DNA of 64,000 nucleotides from NCBI GenBank assembly GCA_044892525.1, contig CM097885.1, positions 7,194,001 to 7,258,000 on the forward strand, written 5' to 3'. The position numbers were made by a program, and so were the translations under genes. This document shows positions 1-12,782 of the stretch, one piece after another (the first letter of the stretch is position 1; each line of letters starts with the position of its first letter). The notes under the pieces are model-generated. The model saw only the letters and a list, made by a program, of their open reading frames with translations, did not search any database and was not told the origin of the DNA. Origin of the DNA: Schmidtea polychroa. Taxonomy: Eukaryota.

Positions 1-117
1 AAAACCAATGTCTTCCCCCCTCACCATCAGGCCTCCCAATCAACTTCAACAAGCTGCCAAGGGCATGGTACCTATCTGCCGCCCGTCCCGGCTCCAACCT
101 TATCGAGTCATCAACCC

Positions 118-444
118 TTGGTCGGTGGACCTACCGATCCCATCTTGGCTCCAATTTTGGTAGCACCAATCGGCACCGCGAACATAGAAAACCCTCCGTC
201 TACTCGCAAACGGAAACGGCCAACTCGAGCCGAGAAGAATAAAAAACGCCGAGATGCGATGGCCGCACTCGAAGCGTCACTATCGGTAGCCCAATCCACC
301 ATAAAAGAAATCTCTTCCAGCCATTCAATTCCAACGAAGGAAATTTTCCGTGTAATTCCCGCAGAGGGCATCAAATACGTCTCTAACCAACGATTGCCGG
401 TCGACATCGACGAGATGCTTGCTGATGGGGAGTCCTTTGACTGA
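118..444 (+). other. Low-complexity ORF tail (Pro-rich, basic RKRKR patch), probably the end of a retroelement ORF
   Basis: GC-richer than the flanks and followed by an LTR-like segment ending at 847. No recognisable domain. Confidence 0.25.
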
Positions 445-716
445 CAGATTTCCATTGCCTTGATTCTGCAAGATTCGGAAGCGGACTTGAGTATTTGTGA
501 ATATTGAACATTTATTTTTGTGACAGCCCCTTTTTCCTTGTTATAAATGTAATTATTGTTGTGGATGTAATATAATTTTTATTGTCTCTCGGTGATTGTT
601 TTTGGCATGCATGATATGGGATTAAAAGTGAACAATAGGACGGTATCAGATATAGGTAGCACTACAGAGTCGTCCCCTTGGACCAGGGAAGGACCGAATG
701 ATGTGTAGAGGAATGG

Positions 717-847
717 GTAAGACCTTCTACGGCGCCATGGAACCCGAACCGAGACAGGGTTAGGAGTAGTCTTAAGGCAGAGGCTCACCTGCTAACCTTT
801 TCCGACCCGTGTGAGCAGCACCAACGTGGAACATCACCACGGGCTCA
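717..847 (+). repeat. Conserved ~131-nt LTR-terminal motif, copy A
   Basis: Shares blocks AAGAC, ACCCG, GAGTAG, GCTCACCT, CAGYACCAACRTGG and a terminal CA, at matching spacing, with 31008-31140 (+) and 12434-12564 (-). Confidence 0.6.
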
Positions 848-984
848 TACGTGGGAATATGCATTTGATCATCTGGTGTATGTATGGGAAGTGCCTGAGC
901 GGAACGATGACGCCTTGTATGAGTGAAGGTTGCGCGTGCGTAATTTTTCTCTTCCCCACATATGCCAACACTACTAAACAGCGC

Positions 985-2323
985 CTGAGAATTGAAAATT
1001 TTTTCAATGACAATTTTACATGAAAATTATGGTCTAAAATTTTCAATTAAGTAAATTGATGGTTAAATTTTAAATTAAAGTAAATTATGGTCTATATTTT
1101 TAAATTGAATTAATCAAGGATCTAAAATTGAACTAAAGTAAATTATTGATAAATAGGTAAATTATGGTCTAAAATTTTAAATTAAGTTCTAAAATAAAGT
1201 CTAAAATTTTAAATTAAAGTAAATTAAGGGTTCAAATTAGTAATTTAAGTTCCAATTTTTAAAATTAAGTAAATTAAATTAAATAGAATTAAATTAAAAT
1301 TAAAATTTTTAAATTATAGTAATACTTTTAAATTAAGTAAAAATTTGAAAATTACAGTAATAATTTATTGCCAGATATTTTGAAAAACTATCAACGATGA
1401 GAATTGACAATTTGAGATGCAAATTTTTTTGAAATAATTTTCAATGATAAATTTAAATAGATTTTTTATGAAATAATAATAAGAGATATATTTAAAAAAA
1501 AAGTAATTAAATGCTATATTTGCTAAATTAAATGCAAAAATTTTAAATGAAGTAAATTAAATGATGCAATTTAAAATTAAGTAATAAATTTTGAAAGATG
1601 ATGAGAATTGGTAGTAATAATTAAAGAAATTATGACAAAGTTAATTAGATTTAAAGAATAATTACCTTTCCATTTAACACTACAGTGTTAATTCTTACCA
1701 TTTTAGAATAATATTTTTTATCAAAGTTCTTATTTTGATTTATTTAATTTTAATTGAATTTAATGACAAAATAGAGCGTGTTTTCTTCAATTTTAATGAA
1801 TTAATTTGAAAGATTATTTAGATAAATTTTGATGTCTAAGGCATTCAATAGCAATTTTTTTTAAGTTGATGGTTTTAGGAAATATTTAACATTTTTGTTA
1901 ATTTCATGTGGATTAAATGAAAATTTAAAAATTTATAGTTAGTTCTAAGATAAATTTAATTAATTTCTTGATAATTGGATGCATTTTTATTGATTGGTTT
2001 TTTTAATTTAAAAAAAAATTATTTTTAATGACAGTTAGGTTAATAATCAAGTGATAGGATATGACTTTGTAATGTAATTGAATTTGACTAAATATTTTTT
2101 TCATATATTTTCTAAGAATTTCATTTTGATTGATTAAAAATTTAAAGTTTTAATGATGATTTTAATTGAATTTCTTGATAATTTGCTAAATTTTTTAAAT
2201 TTTAAATAAAAATTAATTTTTAATGACTGTTAGGTTAATAATCAAGTAATAGGTTTAATTTTAGATGACTTTGTAATGCATTTGACTAAATAATTTTTTT
2301 CAATAATTTTCTAAGAATATTTA
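985..2323. mobile_element. Degraded non-coding relic related to the 39971-56056 element
   Basis: 1020-1330 carries the TAAATTATGGTCYAAAATTTT satellite of 41040-41640. 1810-2323 matches the reverse complement of ~46485-47165 (e.g. TTTTTCAATAATTTTCTAAGAATATTTA). Confidence 0.7.
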
Positions 2324-2331
2324 CACATATA

Positions 2332-2553
2332 TATTTTGATCCTTATGGAATTAAACCAACAAAAGAAGTCGAGGAATATTTAGGAGAAGAATACACTTGG
2401 AATACTCTACAAGTTCAACCTGACAACACTAAAATATTTGGAGTTTTGTGTTTATATGTTTTGTATAAATTAAATCAAGTTATTCCTCAAATTGAAGATG
2501 AATTTATAAATATAATTCAAGAAATCTATAATGATTTAGAAACTTGTCTTTGA
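2332..2553 (+). pseudogene. Polinton/Maverick adenain-like cysteine protease, C-terminal fragment
   Basis: Translates YFDPYGIKPTKEVEEYLGEEYTWNTLQVQPDNTKIFGVLCLYVLYKLN, matching the YFD(S/P)xG...QxQ...CGxxCLxxL pattern. The expected catalytic Cys reads Phe (TTT). Confidence 0.75.
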
Positions 2554-3239
2554 AAGGTTTTCCAAAACTTAATAGAATAAGTTTTTAAAATTTACAACTA
2601 GATCTAAGCCGTCCTAGGATTCAAAAGAAGAAGTATCTAATTTAATTTCTTTTAAATTATAAAAAGTAATCAATACTTACATTGAAAATTTTCATTTCGA
2701 TTTATTGACACATTTATTCGTATTACCTAAATTATTAATTAATTAAATCAATAAATTAAAAATTTTGTTTACTTTTTCTTTTCAAATTTCCTTTAATCTT
2801 CGATTTTAAATTGTCTTCATTAATATTATCTAAATTAATTAATAAATTAATTAATAAATAAATTAAAATTTACCAAATTCCTGAATTTTTTCTCGGACAT
2901 TCATAACGTTTTCTATTAAAGAATTCATTTTTAAAGGTTAACGATTTGTTAAATGTGACTAATGATATACCGTATTGTAATAGAAGCGTTGATATGTTTT
3001 TCATATTGGTTTTAACAGTAATAATATATGTAATACACATAAAAATGCAGCTGATTTAATAAAGCAAAGAAATCGGTTGTACAAACCGTCCTCAGAATAA
3101 GAAACGAATGCTGCATTAAATATTTGGTTAGGTTAAAGATGGAGGGGTTTCCTGAAGTTTGCGCTATCGGTTACATAAAGGACGATCTAAAGTTTTCTAA
3201 TATAGTTCCCTTCTAGAATTTAAAAACTACGAGTAAGAC

Positions 3240-4910
3240 ACGCGAAAAGCTGCTTCTCGTGATTAGGTTGTGCAATTAATTTAAGTTAAAACAAAGTAGA
3301 ATTAGATAACCTTATAGTTAAAATTTTGCTATTTCTTCAATGCTGACATATACACATTTATATTCTGCTACTACCTTGAAAACATGTTCTTCCACGACCT
3401 GAGAAGTGGACTGTTAATTCTATGTCGCCTTTTAATGGTGTAAAATGTGATGATGATGAAATTACTCTATCTCTCGTACTCAAAATTGTTTTCTTTTGAT
3501 TTTCCGATAACTGATCTACACGAATCAAAGAAGCTGCTTCCCTGTATCGCTCAGTGCATTTATTATTATATTATTTATCACTATTTTCAGTTTTGGCCTT
3601 GCTTCATTGAACCCTTCTAATATATAGTCAAGCCCTAATCCGTAACATCAACAAATTATCTTTGGAGCACAATGACAATTACCATTTCGTATGGGATTAT
3701 AATTTCAATATTATTTCCCAATTCTCTCAATTGTTCTCTTTGACTATTTGTGGCTGTTCAATATTTTCTGATCTGTTTGGGTCGTCATCTTTCTCATTAT
3801 TGATCATTATTTTACCCGAATCTCTTCGATTTTTCATCCGTTTGATTACTTTGTCGAGCTACGTAGTGATTGGATATTTGGCTATGAATGAACACAAGTA
3901 TGCCATAATTTTATATTAGTCACCAAAAACTTGTCTCAATTGTCTAAATGAAACTAATGATGAAAAAATCATCTTCAATCATGGTACTGTATAATATATT
4001 CCTAATATAGTTGAGAACGTATTTCCAACGATCGCAAAATATCCTCATATGCTGTATAACACTATACATAACATTCTTGAAATGCTCTTTCAATAATAAT
4101 ACATCAAAGTTGTAATTTCCTCCATAACAATTCTCAATAATCTTGTTTACCAATAGCGAAAGGACTTATCTGGCACAATTAATTTTGTTGGATTTGGCTC
4201 TAGGCAATTTTACACATCTAGTAGTGAATATTTCTGTCCCCATTTAGAATTCTGACAGTCATAAGCTATGATCGCATTATTCCTTTTAAACAAATTCTAA
4301 CAATAACCTTATTACTATTATTACTAATGTCTTTGTCGATTTTCTCTCTTTTTGACATGATTTCATAGTTGTCTAGATTTACTAGATTTTTCACTGTCTC
4401 TTCGCTATCATTTACTTCCGTAGTGGTATAGTCTTTTATGCTTTTTTTAGTACTCTCAACTAAGTTCTCATCATACAGTATTTTCCATCCTCCCTTTAAC
4501 TTTATCCATGACATAGCATCTATCTTTAGTTTTAGCTATATTTTCTATTTCATCCTTTGGATTCATTCGTTAAAGTTTCTTGTATCTCTCTATTAAGTAT
4601 GGCATCGTCATAATCAATTTTATCAGGGGCAGTCGGTTCTCCAGTTTCTGTCGTTTCTCCCGCATTGTTGATTTTAGCCTTTTTACTATCAATTAAAAAT
4701 TAAAAGCTTCTTACGAAATCGGCGCCAGGAATTGAGTGAGTTATATCTGCTACAACGAAGTTCGTTCGAAAGTTTTGCTCTATGTTTGCGATTTTGAAAT
4801 GTAATGTCTTTGAACCATACGTTTTAATGTTGCAGTTGTTGGCTAAAGCAAGTTTGAAAGAGGCATCTCAGGAATTAAGATTGAATGTATTTGGTGGAGT
4901 GATACACACC
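3240..4910 (-). pseudogene. Highly degraded Ty3/gypsy pol relic; aspartyl protease C-terminus at ~4670-4910
   Basis: Minus strand reads LANNCNIKTYGSKTLHF...FVVADITHSIPGADFVRSF with stops and frameshifts. The downstream extent is uncertain. Confidence 0.45.
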
Positions 4911-7738
4911 ATACTTTAAATTAAATTATAAGAAATCTGTAAATTTTGAAATTGGTAAATTTTATTATAAAAGTCTTTTTTCTAATTTTATTAAATTATC
5001 CTTGGATTTGAATTGTTTAAATATTCATAATATATTAAATTTTAGGTGAAATCTTTTAAACGTCTAATAATAAAGTTGAAGAAATAAATTTATATTTAAA
5101 TGCAATCAGTAATAAATTATTGATATAATATTCTCAAAGTCATAGCTAAACGAGATCCTTCTAAAAGAGAGATTAAACCTGTAGATAAAGATGCATTTCA
5201 ATTATTTGATGATATAGAATCAGGATCGGATGAAGATTTTGCTGATGGTAAAATACTTATTATTATTATATTTACTGAAATTCTCTACAATTTATTTTCT
5301 ATGTTCAATAATATTACTCAAGAATTACATTTAAATAATTAGGTAATTAGATTTTTGATTTAATATTTTAATTATTAAATTTTTTTATTAATTAATTTGT
5401 AACCACAAGCTGTTTTATCACAAAAATGCGCTGGCTTAATTTGCCTTTCCTGCTAGCAGTTGCTAGAATCCAGATCACCTCGTGACACAAAGATTCTAGC
5501 ATGGTTACCGCGTGGGGTCCTCCTCCAGGTCGCCATGTCGCTCATCCGGGTTTCCTAGCCTTACGGGTTACCCGCCTCCGCTGTACGGGCCTCAGGTGAA
5601 GGGACCCGCCCTATATCTGTCCCCCTCCCTCCCCCGCATGCCGAATGGTGAAAGCTTCAATCCATGCTGCGGCATGCAGATGGAGCCCGAACCTGTCATA
5701 ATCATGTCCCAGCACGCCACAGGGCCGCCTGCACGCACCCCTAAATGCCCACAGGCCAGCATACCAAAGGGCCTCAATTATTACCCCACTCAACTAACTG
5801 CCGAACCCGAACGAGGAACTGCTCAAGGCATTCCAGTTAATCCAATAATCAAGGTGGCCATAATTTGCGCCAACAGCCCGATCTGGGTGACAAGAGTAAC
5901 ACGAGCGTGTTTCCCAAAGCATTCCGTAATAGCGCTAACCCAGAAATCGGTTACTGCTTACCTTGGCAATTCCCTGCTGAGAGCTTCCAAGAAGGAAAAC
6001 AGTAATAACAGAATGATTACTGAAGCTCCGATTTATGCAGGCCAATTTAAGTTTGCTAGTTTCTCTCTTTCTATTGGTCGAATTTCTAAATTATATTCAG
6101 TCATTTCATTGATTTATGATTTACCCAATCGGTTGCTCGTTGCTGTCCACCTTGATTGGTGCTTCCTGCTGGATTAGCTGTGATTCCGTTAGCATGCTAT
6201 ATTGTAGCTGTTCATATTACACAGTTATTCATTTGATACAATTTGCATTGAGTTTTATATTAAATCAATTCATATTCGATTTCCAGATTATTTTAGGAAT
6301 ATAAATTACCTTTGGCCCCGAAACAGAAATTGGTACGTTACCTTGCTTGATTATAGGTTTGTAACCTATCGAATTTATTATGGCTGCCTCTCAGTGAAGG
6401 AATCTGCCACATTTAATCAGTTGCTTAAATTCACCCAGATAATCAAATATGAAAGAAAACAGCAAAATTAAACGCTTAATTATAAATTGCAGCAAGCCAT
6501 TTAGATAGAAAGCGCAAAATATAAATAAATATTAATCAGGAGGTTTCATTAGGTGCCTTATCATTTCTCATGCTTGACATTCTTTTCCGTTCTTAATTCT
6601 CCCCATCTTATTTCTATCGTACTTGCTGGGCCTGGGTTACATAGCTGCTTGGTGACCGGAGCGCCGCTGGAGTTCCTGAGATAAGGGCCGGCGCCAGCTT
6701 ATTTATCGACCTAGGCAAAACTTATTAAAACGCCCCCTTTCACACAAATTAATAAAGAAATAAATATATATAAGAAAACAATAAATTTAAAGTGACACAT
6801 TAATTTATTATCGATTGCATAAATGTTGCAAAATTAAAATTTAATTTTCCTTGCCTTCTTCCTCGCCAAATTTTCTACTAATTCCTTCAATCCCAGTGTC
6901 AAAGCGTAATCAATCACATTCCATTGAAATTGCTGCCAAGTCCACAAGCCTGCTTTGCGATATAGTTGAACGCAAGCAACTTTTAATTAATTCCAATTTT
7001 GAAAACCTGCGTTCTCCACTAGCCACGGACACTGCAAGTGCTAATAATATTCTCAAGGAAACAACAACATTTGGTACACAATCTTCCAATTTTTGCTGTG
7101 CTATATAGAGGAGCACATCTTATGATGACAGGCTGCGGGAACAAAAGAAATAGAACAAGAAAATAAAAACCAAGGTCAGTACTAATAAATTAGTACAAAA
7201 AGGAAAAGGAATTTCGAAATAGGGAAAATAGAAAAAACAGCAATACTCTTATCTCGACAGCTTGTCAGTGATAGCAGATTGCTACGGAAAGGCGGGTGAA
7301 CAAAAAAGTAAAAAGGGAAAATAACTTGACAGCCGTCAGAGATAAAAATGAAACAGTCGGGGATAGCAGGAGAAAGAAAGTCGGAAAACACTTGATTATC
7401 TTGAGTGCCACAATATAAGCAAACGTAGAGGAAAAGGAAAATGGTAAATAGAATCTGTCGCTAGTGGCCTGCCGAACTTCGATTTGAACTTCGATTCGGA
7501 CCAAAGTTCAAACACTTCGGAAACTTCGGACTTCGGCAATAGACCCTGTACGATCCAAATAATGAAATTTTGCTTGAGCGATAATAAATTATTATTGTTC
7601 CGTGATTATTTACATTAAAATTAATGGCGACACCCAAACAATGAAAGTAAATAAAATCTTAGTTGTTGTTGTTCATTTTTCTTTACTATCGATTTTCCTT
7701 TCTACGGCTATGTCATACGAACACTGACAAGTCTAGCC

Positions 7739-7803
7739 TAGCCGTGGCTGTGTCGCTGTGTACACAATAGCCGTGGCTGTGTCGCTGTGTACACAATAGC
7801 CGT
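7739..7803. repeat. 29-bp tandem duplication
   Basis: TAGCCGTGGCTGTGTCGCTGTGTACACAA twice, plus a partial third unit. Confidence 0.9.
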
Positions 7804-8559
7804 TCATGTTCATGCATCTCTATTCTCTACACTATAGCAGCCCTATACGTCAATCTCTGACTATTCTTAGCATAATCTCGATTGATTCGAGCCATGATAT
7901 CGGGGGGCAGGCGCTTGAATAGGCATGGCTTGCGAGGCTGAGGCTACTGTAATACCACAATCAATTACCGATCGCAATCTAATAGGCCTAATAATAATTT
8001 TACTCTGTACGAAATTTATTGCTTGGGCACTATTAGACTTGACTACTGTCAAGAGAGAAATACCACATAATCTACACATTTAAATTAATGTTGAGCACAT
8101 TTAAATTTATTATGTCATCTATCGTCTCTGTATGTTGACTCTTCAATCTTATTGCATGCCTGATGGAAGCAGCACAAGATGCCACGCGCGTGTATGCAGT
8201 TCAACCGAGTGCATATGTCAATGTCATACACGATGATGTTCGTATACCGTACCTATCGACTTTATCGACAATAATACTTATTATAAAATTATATAGAAAT
8301 AATTGTGTCATTTTTCTGTCATAAAATTGTGTGTTTATTCATTAGGTAAAATATTAGACTGAGCAGAACTGCCAGTTGAGCATCCGATTCACTTTCCACA
8401 TCATCACATGCGAAAATCTCCATAGCTCCATACCCCTCCCCAGTGTACATAATATATATAAAAGCCCATCAAATTTGAAATCGAAAATTTTAAATATATT
8501 TCTTCAACAAAATTAATAAATTAGATTTAAATATTAAAAATAAATGAAATTAAATAAAT

Positions 8560-10393
8560 ATGGCTAATGCTATGAGAAGTAAAATTTGGAATTTCTTTGA
8601 AATCAACGCTGTGGATGAATCTTTTGCTAACTGTGGGACATGTAGAATGAAAATGAAACGTGGCGGCAAGGATCCAAGATCATATGGAACAACAACATTA
8701 ATCAACCACCTACGTTCTAAACATCCGGACAAGTACAAAGAATATTCACAGGCGTGTGATTCTGCAAAGAAACGACAAGCTGAAGAGGAAGAAAATCAAC
8801 TCAATGCCGCAGCTAAGAAGCCAAAGCTACAAACTCTGGATGCATGTATTGAACGTACACGTCCATTTGAATCGGGCCATCCTCGTCAGATCCTCATAAC
8901 GAAACTAATTGGTGAGATGATAGCCTTGGATAGTCAGCCATTTTCGATTGTCAGTGACGAAGGATTCCAACGTGTTCTGCATCAATTGGTGCCCAGATAC
9001 GTCATTCCAGACGAGACTTATTTCTCAAGAACAATCATACCGGACATGTTTGCTGCAGTGAAGTCGAAAGTCAAGAATCTCATCGGAGATGCTAAACTTC
9101 TGTGCTTCACGAGTGATGTGTGGACAACCACCAACAGCCTAAATGGATTCCTCTCTTTGACAGCACACTGGATCGACAACAATTGGGAACGCAAATTTGT
9201 GGTGCTGGCACTTCGAGGAATCAACGGACATCACACCGGTAAGCTGATTGGAGATACCATATTGGAATTGTTGAATGAATGGGACATTGATGCAGGCAGA
9301 CGTGGAACCTTCGTTCGCGATAACGGGTCAAGCATGGTGAAGGCCGCTAGTGTTGCAGGCTTATCAGATCTAGGCTGCTACATACACACGATTCAGTTAG
9401 TTGGGTGCAGGATTAAAGAAGACGCAAAAGGCTGTCATTGATGCAGTTGCAGCTTCCCGCAACATTGTAACCCACTTCCGGCATTCACCATTAGCCAATG
9501 ATCGACTGGAAGAGATTCAAAAATCTTTTCTGCCGGAAACCCATATCCCGTCCACCGCCTGATACAAGATGTACAGACAAGGAGGAACTCCACGTTTTAT
9601 ATGTTGGAACGTTTGATCGAACAGAGAAAAGCAATAGCTCTCTATCTCCAAGACAACGAAGTCACCAATCTGACAAACAATCAGTGGAAATTAATCGAAA
9701 GGGTCGTGTCGACATTGCGTCCATTTGAAGAGGAAACGCGGAATGCTAGTTTGTCAACTGCAACAAGTGGAATGATTATTCCAAGTGTGCGTGTACTTCA
9801 GGCAGTTTTGACGAGACCAGCAAAGGAGGGTGACGACCTCTGCATTCAAACAATGCGTGCTGAAATGCTTGCGGATCTCAGCCGCAGGTATGCTAACGTT
9901 GAAAATATCTACTGCTTTGGATCTAGTGTACAAGCTTCGTCTCTTTAACGCGAATGCAATGAATGCTGTATCGTCGACGGACAACTCGCGTGATGAAGTG
10001 CCAGCAGGTCCAACACCTTCCACATCATCTTCATCAGCCACATCTGCTTTGGATAGCTACTACGACGACATGCTTGGAGCTACACAATCCAACTTTACAG
10101 ATTCCGGTAATCTCCAACAACAGCTCGATGCATATTTAACGGAAGCGTGCAACCAACGACACTCACCTCCAAAAGATCCAATAGAATATTGGAAATCAAG
10201 GCAATACACATATCCTCAACTTGCACTGGTCGCCAAACAATTCTGTGCTTCTCCTTCCAGCGTGGATAGTGAAAGAACCTTCAGTTTGGCTGGTCTTATA
10301 TGCGATGACCGTCGATCAAAGTTAACACCAGCAAAAACTGAGATGCTTCTATTTTTAATGAAAAATCTCGATGTGGTCCGTTTTGACTACTAA
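8560..10393 (+). pseudogene. hAT transposase (BED zinc finger, DDE core, hATC dimerisation domain), frameshifted
   Basis: SKIWNFF...CGTC...LINHLRSKH, FTSDVWT, DNGSSM, CYIHTIQL, QDVQTRRNSTFYML (canonical TRWNS), SSVDSERTFSLAG. Split across several frames. Confidence 0.9.
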
Positions 10394-12433
10394 TAAACTA
10401 ATGAATTCTATTAACTCATCGGACAAGATGTATATATTTATATAAACACATGTATTTTTTTATTTTTTCGTTTCACGTTACTTTGCTTGTTGCTAACAGA
10501 TCTATGTTATATAATTTACATCCATGTTTCAAAAGACAACAAAATGAACACTTCTCAATATCTTATATTATCACCCATTGTATAATTTTTTTAGTTTTAT
10601 TGATATGATTCATTTTATTAATTATTAATAAAAATAATATCAAAATTATCAATAATGTTACATTTTTTAAATAACTGTTGATAATAAAAGGTAGTTATTA
10701 CAATTTATTATAATTTTGGTTAGCGTTGATTCCTTTCTTGGTATAATATGCGTCTTGAATCGCCGTAGGTCATTGCAGTAGGTACAGGTCCGTAAATTAT
10801 TTTCGCGCACCAGACATTTGATTCGACTTCGGACTTCGGCAAAAAAGTCACTTCGGCAGGCCCCTGCTTTTGATCCTGATTTTTCTAGAATTGACGAGCT
10901 GTTTTGTTAAATAACTTGCAGCAAAAACAAAAACCGTATATTTTATAGTTGAATATATCAACTGTGAACGGTATACTTCTTCACCATTGGCTAGTTTTCC
11001 CTTATAGTGAATTGGAGAAAATCTTCGATTTTTGGAATCTTTTGGAAAATTATGTGTAATAATTTGATTTGTTGAATTTTGTAATAAAATCTGACGAAAA
11101 TTATCATTACAATAGTCAGCCCAGTTTTATGGGTCATTGTAATCTACATAATTAATCCTGGCACTGGTACTGGATTTAATTTCATGTGAACTTTCGGTTT
11201 GCATCAAAATATCAAACTATGAAACACCTTCTCTTTTATTTTCTTCTTTTTATGAAATACCTTCATCCGCGTGATCTGACATATTTTGTTGTACATCTGA
11301 TTGTCCTACACATCTATCCAAGTCGCTGTTGGCTGAAACATCAAGACTTGATTTGAAATACTTTAACAGTCAACCACTTTCATTCGCACGCTCTTCAGCT
11401 CTGAGAGTTTTGCGCTTACGAATTTGAAATCCGGATGGCTTTTTTGATGACATTTTAAAAGCACTAATGTCCCAATATAAATAATATTTAATTATTTTAA
11501 TACAACAAATTAATATTTGCTATTAAACTTACCAGCAAAGAAGTGTTTAATGCTTTGTCGTATGAAGGATAACAAAATCAAATTTACTGCACGTAACTTC
11601 ACTGACTCAATTATTTTTCTAATAATGCACAAAATTACACTTATCAGTAAACCTGTAATTATCAATAAACTATAACTGTTGTGTGTTTACTGCGACTGTT
11701 TGTATTTCGCTGTGTGCGATACAAATTGTGATACACAAACAATAACGGTTCTCGGCAGAATTAAAAATCAAAATGGCTCAGAACGCCGCGTCATGCGCTG
11801 GAGCGATCTCTAAATCAACATTAAAATTAGTTTACCATCTGTAATGTTCGAAATTAAAAGGTTTATATTAAATACAATAATTATCTAATTATATTACCCT
11901 GTGCCTAATTAATAATTGCGATTACACATTTTATCACCCCTCTCTGGATAGCGCCCTAGGGACCGCCTAGTTTGCCTTAATAGTAGCGCCGGCTCTGTTC
12001 GACCAACTCCTGTGCCCGTGTGGATCCACCGACGCAACTCGATAACCTGCTGTGTCTGCTCTGGGATCGTGATCTTGCGATCACGAATGATTCCTTGCTC
12101 CTCCACTCGAGCCTTCTGCGCTTCCTAACCAAAACCTCGCTGTGTAGCGCGTCACGTCCTGGCGAAATTTACCCATTGAACCCATGCTGCACTTAATTCT
12201 TGTTTAAATGAACTTGAAACTCCAGCGATATTGATTTCATTGCCTGAGCACCAGCAGCAGATCTGACTATATCCGAATAACTAGATAAGTTATTCTAATC
12301 TCATATTTATTTTTAATCAGGAGAAATATCAAATTTATCATTGTTATAAACTTTAAATTATTTCTTAGCCAATTAAAAAAGCAAGATAAATATAACTAAA
12401 TAAAACTTATCCAAATGTCATGAATCTAATCAA

Positions 12434-12782
12434 TGTAACCATGACAGCTGCCATGTTGGTGCTGTATATTGTCATTGAGAGCAAGGAGGGAGGTGAGCTG
12501 CTGTCTTACACCTACTCGCCCCATCATGCTCTCTGCGGGTCCATTACTGCCGCTCCCCGTCTTGATCAATGATATCAGTGCGGTATGAATTGCAGCTTTG
12601 TTATAATTAATAAAGAGAAACGCGTGATTGATTAGCAAATATGTTCTATTTTCTATAACAGCTGTTTTATTTGTTTGAATATTCAAATATTTAAATATTG
12701 AACATGATTTAAATGAAAATTCCCGCTTGGTCAAGTTGTTGCCCAGCCAAAACGAAATCCGAAGTTTCAAGCGCGAAATACA
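12434..12782. mobile_element. Candidate solo LTR (349 bp) carrying motif copy C
   Basis: TGTA...TACA ends flanked by TCAA on both sides (12430-12433, 12783-12786). Conserved motif on the minus strand at 12434-12564. Confidence 0.5.

Larger units (their letters stand above)
7462..10866 (+). mobile_element. Inner hAT (Ac/ZBED-type) transposon
   Basis: TIRs TAGTGGCCTGCCGAA / TTCGGCAGGCCCCTG, subterminal ACTTCGG repeats at both ends, transposase inside. Confidence 0.85.
6683..11997 (-). mobile_element. Outer hAT transposon (Tip100/ZMYM-like), internally deleted and interrupted by a second hAT
   Basis: TIRs AGGGCCGGCGC / GCGCCGGCTCTG. N-terminus MSSKKPSGFQIRKRK (~11453), TTF zinc-finger relic RRFS...LANGEEVYR...VFCFCCKLF (~10910-11040), hATC domain VSVASGERRFSKLELIKSCLRSTISQSRL (6910-7116). 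No 8-bp TSD seen. Confidence 0.8.

Noticed and set aside
5512..6177. 221-aa plus-strand ORF
   Set aside because: Non-ATG start and no domain. Probably a shadow of GC-rich repeat sequence.
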